Shown: piece by piece, positions 28,032 to 35,342 of the stretch
How positions within the stretch are numbered: position 1 is the stretch's first letter
Layout of the letters: every line of letters starts with the position of its first letter
Source: a virus
Strand: one strand, 5' to 3'
DNA: 64,000 nt
Virus record (IMG/VR): IMGVR_UViG_3300032282_004151
Location: 1-64,000 of that record
Translations under genes and position numbers: made by a program
Notes under the pieces: generated by a model
What the model was told of the DNA's origin: nothing
Seen by the model: only the letters and a program-made list of their open reading frames with translations
Database searches by the model: none

Positions 28032-28397
28032 ATGATCAAGCAAATCAGACTTCTGAACGACGCCACCCTTCTCTTGGAAAAGGGAGTCAAGGTTCTTGGG
28101 TTCGTTCAAGTCAAAAGCAGTTTCCGAGATCTGGACGCCTACTATCACCGTGAGCTTGGCATCATTCTGAAGCGTCCTGCGCTGATCCTAGAACCCCAAA
28201 CGCCGCCAATCCTATGCGTTCCTACGGTCAAATTGGCGCGGGGGTGGGTGGTTCAGCCCATCGTCAAGAAGACCCGTTTAAAAGAGGCTGTAGAGCGTTT
28301 AAGGAGGCAGCTGAAAAAGTATCCCAACATTTATCCTGATTTACATACTCAGAATGTGGGGTGGTACAAAAATAAGCCTTTGATGTTTGATTGGTGA
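28032..28397 (+). CDS. minimal protein-kinase-like protein
   Basis: IILK, VVQP, DLHTQNVG, PLMFDW. Confidence 0.5.
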   Translation: MIKQIRLLNDATLLLEKGVKVLGFVQVKSSFRDLDAYYHRELGIILKRPALILEPQTPPILCVPTVKLARGWVVQPIVKKTRLKEAVERLRRQLKKYPNIYPDLHTQNVGWYKNKPLMFDW

Positions 28398-28442
28398 TTT
28401 ACGCCTTGCTTTTTTTAATTAAATTGTCAGACTGGTTGCACG

Positions 28443-28808
28443 ATGAACAAGACCGACGCTATCGAGGCTCTGAAGAATGATATGCCGCTGACGGATTTCA
28501 TCCGTGGCGTGAACAAGAAGATCAATGACTATTGGGTGCGCAACAACTTCACCTTCAATGAGCCGCCGCTCGTGATGGTGGACAACGTTGGCAAGCGTTA
28601 CGCCAAGCTGGCGGTCTGCAAGAAGAATCCCCCGTTCACTGGTCCGCTCGTGGCTGAGAGCGTCTACTGCTTCTACGACATTGCCAATGGCGACCTTCTG
28701 AAGGGCACGTGGAAGGCTCCTGTGGCCAATGGCGTTCGTGGCAACGTGAAGGAGAGCAACGTGCTGGACAAGTTCACAGAGCATGGTCCCAAGTATCTGC
28801 GGGGCTGA
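28443..28808 (+). CDS. conserved phage hypothetical protein
   Basis: GKRYAKL...VYCF.D..NGDLLK..WKAP...VRGN. Confidence 0.75.
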   Translation: MNKTDAIEALKNDMPLTDFIRGVNKKINDYWVRNNFTFNEPPLVMVDNVGKRYAKLAVCKKNPPFTGPLVAESVYCFYDIANGDLLKGTWKAPVANGVRGNVKESNVLDKFTEHGPKYLRG

Positions 28809-28856
28809 TGCTCTTTGGTCTTGCTTTTTTTTAAAAAAAAGTACATGCTTCAGAGT

Positions 28857-29081
28857 ATGAACTTCAACGAATCTTGGGAAGAGTGCTTCAGCCAGTTCAA
28901 CCTTCTGGGCAGTCTCACGCAGAACCTCCTTCGCAATTGGGCGGCTGACTTTCTGATCAGCCGTGGTTTTGATGAGATCGGTTCGTCTGATATCAACCAC
29001 TCTCTTTATGGGATGTGGGAGGCAGCGAACGGCGATTGGCAGAAGGCGATCCTTCGCGAAGTTGATGCGCGGGTTCGCTAA
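28857..29081 (+). CDS. early hypothetical protein
   Basis: IGSSDIN motif; own promoter. Confidence 0.6.
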   Translation: MNFNESWEECFSQFNLLGSLTQNLLRNWAADFLISRGFDEIGSSDINHSLYGMWEAANGDWQKAILREVDARVR

Positions 29082-29126
29082 AATCGCCTTGACTTTTTAT
29101 TCAAAACAAAACAACATCAGCATCCT

Positions 29127-29423
29127 ATGATTAATCCTCCTAACAACACCATTTTTCAATACGTCCGCAATCGGCGGCGGCAGAAGGTCGGCGTCGTTGC
29201 CGCTGTGAAGCGTGATGACGGTCTCGTTGGCCTTGGCTACAGCCTGTGTGCTGTGAACAAGGGCGACACGTTCAACGCTGTGCGTGCGCTTGAGATCGCC
29301 ATTGGTCGGGCCGAGGCGTTCCCGCATTTCGAGTGCGAGTCTATTCCGCAGAGCGTGGAAAAGGACTGGTCCGAAATCTATGACCGCGCTACCCGCTATT
29401 TCAAGGGTGCGGACATTGCGTAA
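29127..29423 (+). CDS. conserved phage hypothetical protein
   Basis: GYSLC...DTFN...EIAIGRA. Confidence 0.7.
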   Translation: MINPPNNTIFQYVRNRRRQKVGVVAAVKRDDGLVGLGYSLCAVNKGDTFNAVRALEIAIGRAEAFPHFECESIPQSVEKDWSEIYDRATRYFKGADIA

Positions 29424-29503
29424 CTAGTTTCAATGATGGGGTGCGCATATCAACTCACGCACAATTTTCTTGCATTTTTTAAAATAACTGTCAGTCTTTC
29501 AGC

Positions 29504-29764
29504 ATGAACTCCTACACCGAAACCCTTGGTCAGTCTATCGAAAAGATCCAAAACGATCTGATTGAGCGTGGTATCGTGCTGGCGGATAACAGCAAAGATT
29601 GGCTTGACAGTTTCACTTTTGGTGGTCTTAATTATGGACAAGATAAAGAAGTTCACGCTGAAATTGAAACAGTCAAGGGCAAGAAGACTGGCAAGTATGC
29701 TCATGCTCATATTTGGCGTCACGACATTTCTGGTCGTTATGAGTGGCTCGTTTATGTCCTCTGA
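29504..29764 (+). CDS. early hypothetical protein
   Basis: C-terminal SGRYE..Y; own promoter. Confidence 0.65.
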   Translation: MNSYTETLGQSIEKIQNDLIERGIVLADNSKDWLDSFTFGGLNYGQDKEVHAEIETVKGKKTGKYAHAHIWRHDISGRYEWLVYVL

Positions 29765-29933
29765 TTCTATGAAAGACTTTTATTTATTTGCTGGCGAGCA
29801 TCCTGTCGTCGTATGTTTTCTTGCTATGATTGCTGCGGGAATCATCTGCTCTGTTTTTGAGTCATTCTGCAAAATCTTTAGGAAGTGATCGAAAGTTCTT
29901 GCTTTTCTTAAAATAACTGCCATAGTACTAAGC

Positions 29934-30236
29934 ATGAACTCGATTACCTTCACCACCAAGGATCTGTTTGCGGCGGCGGTCAATACCCTCGCCCTTGACG
30001 AGTCCCCCTCCTACGAGGTCGATACCGCGTACCTCACGATCCGCAGCGACGATCTCCCCGTGATCGTGAACATCCTTCACGACAACGGCATCTTCAACTT
30101 CGTCGGCAACGTCAGCGACGAGCCGTTTGACGGCTTTCGCACGGACGCGGAGGCTGACGCTGATGCCCTTGCCTCTGCGGGGTTCGGCACGGACGAGGAC
30201 TACGGCGGCTGCAATGACTACGGCTACGATGAGTAA
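29934..30236 (+). CDS. acidic early hypothetical protein
   Basis: ALASAGFGTDEDYG motif; own promoter. Confidence 0.7.
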   Translation: MNSITFTTKDLFAAAVNTLALDESPSYEVDTAYLTIRSDDLPVIVNILHDNGIFNFVGNVSDEPFDGFRTDAEADADALASAGFGTDEDYGGCNDYGYDE

Positions 30237-30463
30237 GGTGGTGCCTGCGGTCAGCCTATCCGACATTCTCAATGGGCCTCGCCCCAAGCTTGTCGGTAGG
30301 CTTGTCTTTGACCACAAGACAGCCCCTAGCCTCATGCTTCTCACAGAAGATCAGGCTAGGGCACACGACAAGGCAACACGCCGCCCCGGTTACGGAACCT
30401 GCCTTAAACGGATTTCGCCACACCGCTCTTGACTTTCTTAAAAAAACATTCAACATCATCAAC

Positions 30464-30766
30464 ATGATCATCTCACAAGCTACCGTTTTGTCTGAAAACA
30501 TTCTGTCGCCAAGTCGTGCCATCAATGGCAAGGCGATTGTGAATTATTTCCTCAACAAGGACGAACCTTCCAATTTCAACAAATATGTCAAGGTCAGCAA
30601 CGTCTCTGTCAATTATGCCAATGGTGGCGTTGACCTTTTTGCCGCAAATGAGCTTTCTGTTGAGACGCTTCGCACCATTGCCAACGCTCTGAATGACCTT
30701 GCGAACAAGGCTGATGCTGCTGCGGTAAAGTTGCGTGAGATTAACAAAAGCATTGACACGAACTAA
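30464..30766 (+). CDS. early hypothetical protein
   Basis: ATG after promoter at 30429. Confidence 0.6.
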   Translation: MIISQATVLSENILSPSRAINGKAIVNYFLNKDEPSNFNKYVKVSNVSVNYANGGVDLFAANELSVETLRTIANALNDLANKADAAAVKLREINKSIDTN

Positions 30767-30789
30767 AAAAACCCTCAATCTACTACCCT

Positions 30790-31374
30790 ATGCCTAACTG
30801 GTGCTCAAACAACGTCGTCGTTTCTGGTAAGAACCTCAGTGCCTTCAAGGAGTGGCTTGGCGATGGCAAGGCTCTGCTGACCAAGATCGCCCCTACGCCC
30901 CAGCCTCTTGTCGAAACGACTGCTGGTTGGAGTGGCGACCCCGAGGCTCAGAAGCTGAACGATGAACGCGAGAAGGCCAACCTCAAGGAGTTTGGCTACA
31001 AGAACTGGTATGATTGGAACATCGGTGCGTGGGGCACCAAGTGGGACGTTGATGCCGAGATCGACGAAAGCAGCAGCACTGAGAATGAGATCATTTTCAG
31101 CTTTGAGAGTGCGTGGAGCCCTCCGCAGGCTGCGTTTGCTCGTCTTGCCGAGAAGTTCCCTGACCTTAGCATCCGTCATGCCTACATGGAAGAGGGTATG
31201 TGCTTTGTCGGCGTGGACACGTATGAGGACGGGGTTGTTGCTGACGAGGTCTACAGCGAAGAGCCCGATACGGACGAGTGGAAGGAGCTTGCCCGCGACG
31301 AGTTTGGTTGGGAGCCGTGGGAGGATGATGAGGACGCGGAGGATATGGAAGAGGAAAAGCCCGCGAAGAATTGA
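30790..31374 (+). CDS. DUF1281/YubB ferredoxin-like fold protein
   Basis: MPNWCSN...WYDWNI..WGTKWD...FESAWSPP. Confidence 0.8.
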   Translation: MPNWCSNNVVVSGKNLSAFKEWLGDGKALLTKIAPTPQPLVETTAGWSGDPEAQKLNDEREKANLKEFGYKNWYDWNIGAWGTKWDVDAEIDESSSTENEIIFSFESAWSPPQAAFARLAEKFPDLSIRHAYMEEGMCFVGVDTYEDGVVADEVYSEEPDTDEWKELARDEFGWEPWEDDEDAEDMEEEKPAKN

Positions 31375-31384
31375 TTTGGGTAGG

Positions 31385-31438
31385 TAGGTGTTCATGGTGT
31401 GGGGAGAGCGTGGTGGCTCTCCCCACTTTATTTTTTTA
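31385..31438 (+). terminator. conserved 3' element + terminator, copy 1
   Basis: TAGGTGTTCATGGTGTG + 11-bp stem with GTGGTG loop + T-run. Confidence 0.75.
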
Positions 31439-31461
31439 AGGTTGACAAATGCAATAAAACA

Positions 31462-31716
31462 ATGTCTAATCGTTTCATCGTGGAAAACAGCAAGCAACTT
31501 AATCGAGATCAACTCAAGAAATGCTTCATTGATCTTGCTCAACGTGCTGGTGAATTGAATGAGCCATACATTCAGAGCGTATGTCTTGTGCTTGCTGGCA
31601 GCATTGTTGAAGAAAGTGATAACTTGCTTGCCATGTGGGTAAGTCAGTATGCGCAACTTAGAATTGATGATATCACAGAAGATTATCTGAAAGATGAAAA
31701 TGAAGAAACTATTTAA
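31462..31716 (+). CDS. hypothetical protein
   Basis: 84-aa ORF MSNRFIVE. Confidence 0.55.
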   Translation: MSNRFIVENSKQLNRDQLKKCFIDLAQRAGELNEPYIQSVCLVLAGSIVEESDNLLAMWVSQYAQLRIDDITEDYLKDENEETI

Positions 31717-32281
31717 TTTATTTATTTTTACAACTCTTGCGCCATTTTTATTTGGTGGCGTAGATGTACGTATTGAAGGAGCATTTGGTGTTAGGCTTGG
31801 TGATACTTACCAAGTGAATGACAAGTTAATTCAGCGAACAAGAGAATTTGAGTTTACTCCAGTTAGCTCATCTGACATTTTTCAGACATATCATGTTAAA
31901 TTAACTCCAAAAAGCCGCAAGATTTATTCCATCTCTGCTGAAGGATATGTGCAGAATGAAATTGTTTATGAAAAGATGGACAGTCTTAGGTATGAGTTGG
32001 CAAAGAAATACCTAGTGCCCAATCTTAGGTTGGACACCATCACTTCTATCATGAACAGAACCAATAGGTTGTATGTTGAAGAAGCAATTTTAACTGACGG
32101 TGGCTCAATTACATTGTCTTACCCACATTCGCCCACTCGCGGCATTTTAAATGAACCTCGCGCTCATCTAACAGCATATTCTGAAGGCAATAAGTGCGTG
32201 ATGGAAGTTGTTGATGTTGCGCTGTTTAAGCTAAGTATCCAAGAAGACGAAGAATTAAGAAAATTGCAGAATGACTCTTGA
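31694..32281 (+). CDS. secreted/periplasmic hypothetical protein
   Basis: signal-peptide-like N-terminus, GAFGVRLG. Confidence 0.6.
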   Translation: MKMKKLFNLFIFTTLAPFLFGGVDVRIEGAFGVRLGDTYQVNDKLIQRTREFEFTPVSSSDIFQTYHVKLTPKSRKIYSISAEGYVQNEIVYEKMDSLRYELAKKYLVPNLRLDTITSIMNRTNRLYVEEAILTDGGSITLSYPHSPTRGILNEPRAHLTAYSEGNKCVMEVVDVALFKLSIQEDEELRKLQNDS

Positions 32282-32314
32282 CTTTTAAAATAAGTCGTGT
32301 AGGATGTACGCACG

Positions 32315-32521
32315 ATGAAAGTCCCACTCCAAGACCTACTCACCATCATTCACGCCGACAAAAAGAGCTATATCGCCCAAGTGGGTGCTCGTGAGTATGA
32401 GTGCCTTGAGGCATTGGTGAAGGATGGCACGATCAACACCATCAAAAGTCTGATCGAGCATGGTGTGGCCATTGGCGACGATGTTTACCCCATCGCCAAG
32501 AAATACAGCAATCTGGCTTGA
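32315..32521 (+). CDS. early hypothetical protein
   Basis: own promoter. Confidence 0.6.
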   Translation: MKVPLQDLLTIIHADKKSYIAQVGAREYECLEALVKDGTINTIKSLIEHGVAIGDDVYPIAKKYSNLA

Positions 32522-32555
32522 TTTTTAAAATAAATAGGTCATACTTGTTCTCATC

Positions 32556-32837
32556 ATGAACATTGCCCAAACCATCCTTTCTCAGATCAAGGCTCTGGAT
32601 CCGATGGCTCTGTTTGCTTGGGGTGCCAAGGATCTGATCAACATGGAAAATGGTCTGAAGTTCAAGACCACTGGCATTACTCCTTACAAAGGTTATGTTT
32701 ACATCAAGCTGAATGGCAAGGACTTGTATGACATTCAGTTCTTTAAGGTTCGCAATCTTGAAGTCAAGACTGACAAGGTTGTGGAAGATGTTTATGCTGA
32801 AGATCTTGTGCGAGTCATTGATGGAGTTGTTGGTTGA
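32556..32837 (+). CDS. conserved phage hypothetical protein
   Basis: IAQTILSQI...GAK...DLYDIQF...DVY.E.L. Confidence 0.75.
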   Translation: MNIAQTILSQIKALDPMALFAWGAKDLINMENGLKFKTTGITPYKGYVYIKLNGKDLYDIQFFKVRNLEVKTDKVVEDVYAEDLVRVIDGVVG

Positions 32838-32878
32838 GCCTTGACAAATTAAAAAAAGTCGTTCAAGATATCTGCATC

Positions 32879-33013
32879 ATGAAGATCAACTCCACCATCA
32901 AGACCCGCAGCGTGTTCACCTCTGGCGTCAACCTCGGCGGTGTGGCGCACAAGACCAAGAAGGGCAAAGGCAGCTATCAACGCAAAAACAAGTATGGCAA
33001 TCGTTGGGAGTGA
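32879..33013 (+). CDS. ArfA-like (alternative ribosome rescue factor A) small protein
   Basis: 44 aa ending AHKTKKGKGSYQRKNKYGNRWE (ArfA KKGKGSY-x-RK motif); own promoter; below ORF-track cutoff. Confidence 0.65.
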   Translation: MKINSTIKTRSVFTSGVNLGGVAHKTKKGKGSYQRKNKYGNRWE

Positions 33014-33057
33014 TTGCTGTCTTGACAAATTAAAAAAAGTCCTTCATCGTCTAACCC

Positions 33058-33285
33058 ATGAAGCCAATTCGTTATAACCCTGATGGGACTGAAATCCCCC
33101 TGACTTCCGGTCAACGTCGGCGTAACGAACGTGCAAGAGTTTGCAACCGAAAAAGAGAATCGGGATGGAGCGGGGATAGACGACCATGTGATTTGGGTTG
33201 TGGTGGAGAAATGTCTTGGTGCTCTTGTTGTGAAACATACACAAGCACTTGTTGCGTAGATTACGGAACTTGTATGTGTTCGTAA
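33058..33285 (+). CDS. Cys-rich small protein
   Basis: WCSCCETY..TCCVDYGTC.CS; own promoter. Confidence 0.6.
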   Translation: MKPIRYNPDGTEIPLTSGQRRRNERARVCNRKRESGWSGDRRPCDLGCGGEMSWCSCCETYTSTCCVDYGTCMCS

Positions 33286-33292
33286 CAATTTC

Positions 33293-33352
33293 GGGCCGGT
33301 AGCTCAGTGGTAGAGCGTTTCGTCGTTGGTTCGAATCCAACCCGGTCCATCA
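33293..33352 (+). ncRNA. anticodon-arm-less tRNA-like RNA with Ala identity (G3:U70, A73)
   Basis: GGGCCGG/CCGGTCC-A; intact D arm GCTC-AGTGGTA-GAGC and T arm GTTGG-TTCGAAT-CCAAC joined by only GTTTCGTC. Confidence 0.75.
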
Positions 33353-33394
33353 ATTTTTGTTGACAAATTAAAAAAAGTAGCCATAGTTAGCACC

Positions 33395-33748
33395 ATGAAC
33401 TCCATTATCTCACCGTCTCTCGAAAACAAGCCTGTTGTGGTCAATGGACCCAAGGTGGGCGACATTCTGGTCAGCATCAGTGGCTATGAAGCCAGCATTG
33501 CTAGTTGGGCCAAGGTTGTGGGTGTGACTGGCAAGAGCGTCAAGATTGTGCGCTTGCCCGCCGACAACAAGTATACTGGCGGCGGTGGCATGGAATGGAT
33601 CAGCACGCCCGCCACTGATCGCATCAAAGGTGATACTGAGACCAAGCGTTTTACTGCTGATGGCGACGGCTATAGGGTCAAGAACAACAGCTACAGCAAC
33701 TATTATGTTTGGAGTGGCAAGCCAATTCAGTGCTACAACCATCACTAA
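33395..33748 (+). CDS. early hypothetical protein
   Basis: KVGDILVS..GYE...KVVGVTGKSVKI; own promoter. Confidence 0.7.
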   Translation: MNSIISPSLENKPVVVNGPKVGDILVSISGYEASIASWAKVVGVTGKSVKIVRLPADNKYTGGGGMEWISTPATDRIKGDTETKRFTADGDGYRVKNNSYSNYYVWSGKPIQCYNHH

Positions 33749-33758
33749 GATTTTGGGT

Positions 33759-33810
33759 TAGGTGTTCATGGTGTGAGGGGCTCGCGTGGTGGCGAGCCCC
33801 TCTTTTTTTT
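33759..33810 (+). terminator. conserved 3' element + terminator, copy 2
   Basis: same 17-mer and GTGGTG loop as 31385 with a compensated stem. Confidence 0.75.
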
Positions 33811-33855
33811 ATCTAGGTGCTTGACATTTAAAAAAAATAGGTCATAGTACTTTAC

Positions 33856-34146
33856 ATGAACCTCACCCAACCCGAAACCAACCTCGTCGCCAAGCTGACC
33901 ACCGAGTATGGTCTTTACGTCAATGACAGCCTCACGACCGCCGTGAACCGCCTGTCTGGCGCTCGCGTTCAGACAACCCCTCTTGCGGCTGCTCTGATCC
34001 GTTTCGCCCAGATCGCCTACGGCAACTATGAGTTGTTTGGCAAGATGAGCGTCAAGAACAAGCCTGTGAGCATCAGCATGTATGACCGCGTGCGGTATCT
34101 TGTGCTCAAGCTGGACCGCAATGCTTATGCCGAAGTGCTTGACTAA
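33856..34146 (+). CDS. early hypothetical protein
   Basis: own promoter. Confidence 0.65.
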   Translation: MNLTQPETNLVAKLTTEYGLYVNDSLTTAVNRLSGARVQTTPLAAALIRFAQIAYGNYELFGKMSVKNKPVSISMYDRVRYLVLKLDRNAYAEVLD

Positions 34147-34223
34147 CAACAAGAGGAGCAAAGGCTCCTCTTTTTTTTAACTTGGTACTTGCACTTTTAA
34201 AATAAATAGATCATAGTATTCCC

Positions 34224-34412
34224 ATGATGAACACCACCGCCAACTACGCCAGCTATCGCCTCCTCTCCAATGGTCGCTGCATTGGGGAGATCAGCTTCCC
34301 CAACAACACCGTCAACGCCAACTTTGGTGGGGTCTGCTTCTATGACCCTGTTACGGGCACCTTCCTTGGCACCACCAACGTCAACGGCTTTGTCCTTGAG
34401 CGGGTCGAGTGA
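34224..34412 (+). CDS. early hypothetical protein
   Basis: own promoter; last gene of array. Confidence 0.55.
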   Translation: MMNTTANYASYRLLSNGRCIGEISFPNNTVNANFGGVCFYDPVTGTFLGTTNVNGFVLERVE

Positions 34413-34786
34413 CCCCACCCCCATACGGGTGGGGCGGGGGTGTAGGGCTTTAACCCCCCACCCCTCCCCCCTCTAGGTGGGGGTTTAGGTGACTTCTAGG
34501 TGGGGTAAACCCCCCTCCCCCCTACCGGGCCATATACACTTTATTGTTAAGGTCAATTTTTCTATCAACTTTTCATATATACGGTTATTCAAGTTTAAGA
34601 TATTACCTTCTATCCTTTATACTTTTTCATATACCATCTTTTTACCTTATGTTAGTCTATTTTTAGATTTTAAATTTTTGAAATTTTGTATATAGGATTT
34701 TTGTATATACGATCTCTATTTTTAAAATTTACACAGGTCAATTTTTTCTTATGGAAATTTTGTATATACAGTTTTTGTATATACAG
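34411..34786. repeat. G/C-tract block followed by AT-rich repeats
   Basis: GGGTGGGGCGGGGGTGTAGGG; CTAGGTGGGG x2; TTTTGTATATA x4; AGGTCAATTTTT x2. Confidence 0.75.
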
Positions 34787-34788
34787 TT

Positions 34789-35296
34789 TCACTTTATACC
34801 CATATTCATCATAAGGCGTATTATAGCTTTACGATGTGCTAATGGCAGTTTAAAGAATTCTTCTATGCCCGTTGCCCATAGTTCATCATTATTGCTCATA
34901 CCATAATCATTTACCCAATTATGTATGTTCTTGAGATATTTTCTATGAAATTCAAAATCCTTGCCGCCTATGCCAGATGAAAATTCATCTTTTACTTTCT
35001 TTATTGCTGCTGGTGATTTTAGGTTTTGAAATGTACCCATTATAGAAAAATCTGATGGTTTAAGATCATTACTTACCCATAGATAATCGTATATATCTGA
35101 TACAGAGTTAGATATATTGTTGTATAGCTCTGGATTTTTAGCTAGTTCAATTAGCACCTCTTTTTATATTGTACATATCTTTTTTAGATACAGAGGTGTC
35201 GATATATACAGAAAACATTGGCGCATCAAACAAATGAATTTGATTTTTTCTGTTTTTGAATTTGCCTTCAATCAAAGATATAAGCTTTATGTGCAT
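34789..35296 (-). pseudogene. late gene split by a 1-nt frameshift (head-internal-type protein)
   Basis: TATTTATA then MHIKLISLIEGK...; frame breaks in A-run near 35161-35165, continues as EVLIELAKNPE. Confidence 0.5.
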
Positions 35297-35342
35297 TTAT
35301 TATTATAAATATATATCATCTTGAAGTATATTTATATGCTAT

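Larger units (their letters stand above)
12814..34223 (+). promoter_or_regulatory. array of >30 sigma70-type early promoters (TTGACT/A, T/A-rich 16-17 nt spacer, CATACT/TAGACT-like -10)
   Basis: -35 boxes at e.g. 13271, 15633, 15848, 16138, 16547, 17370, 18123, 18880, 20897, 22189, 23659, 23977, 24426, 24849, 26089, 27372, 29089, 30429, 32277, 32841, 33022, 33360, 33821. Confidence 0.85.

Noticed and set aside
25201-29462. Assigning the pseudoknot motif to a known riboswitch (preQ1, fluoride, guanidine-III)
   Set aside because: Conserved nucleotides do not match those consensus sequences as I recall them, and the location is 3' of genes, upstream of the next promoter
12814-34412. Integron or transposon origin of the cassette array
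   Set aside because: No integrase/transposase in the window and no attC-like inverted repeats; each cassette has its own promoter
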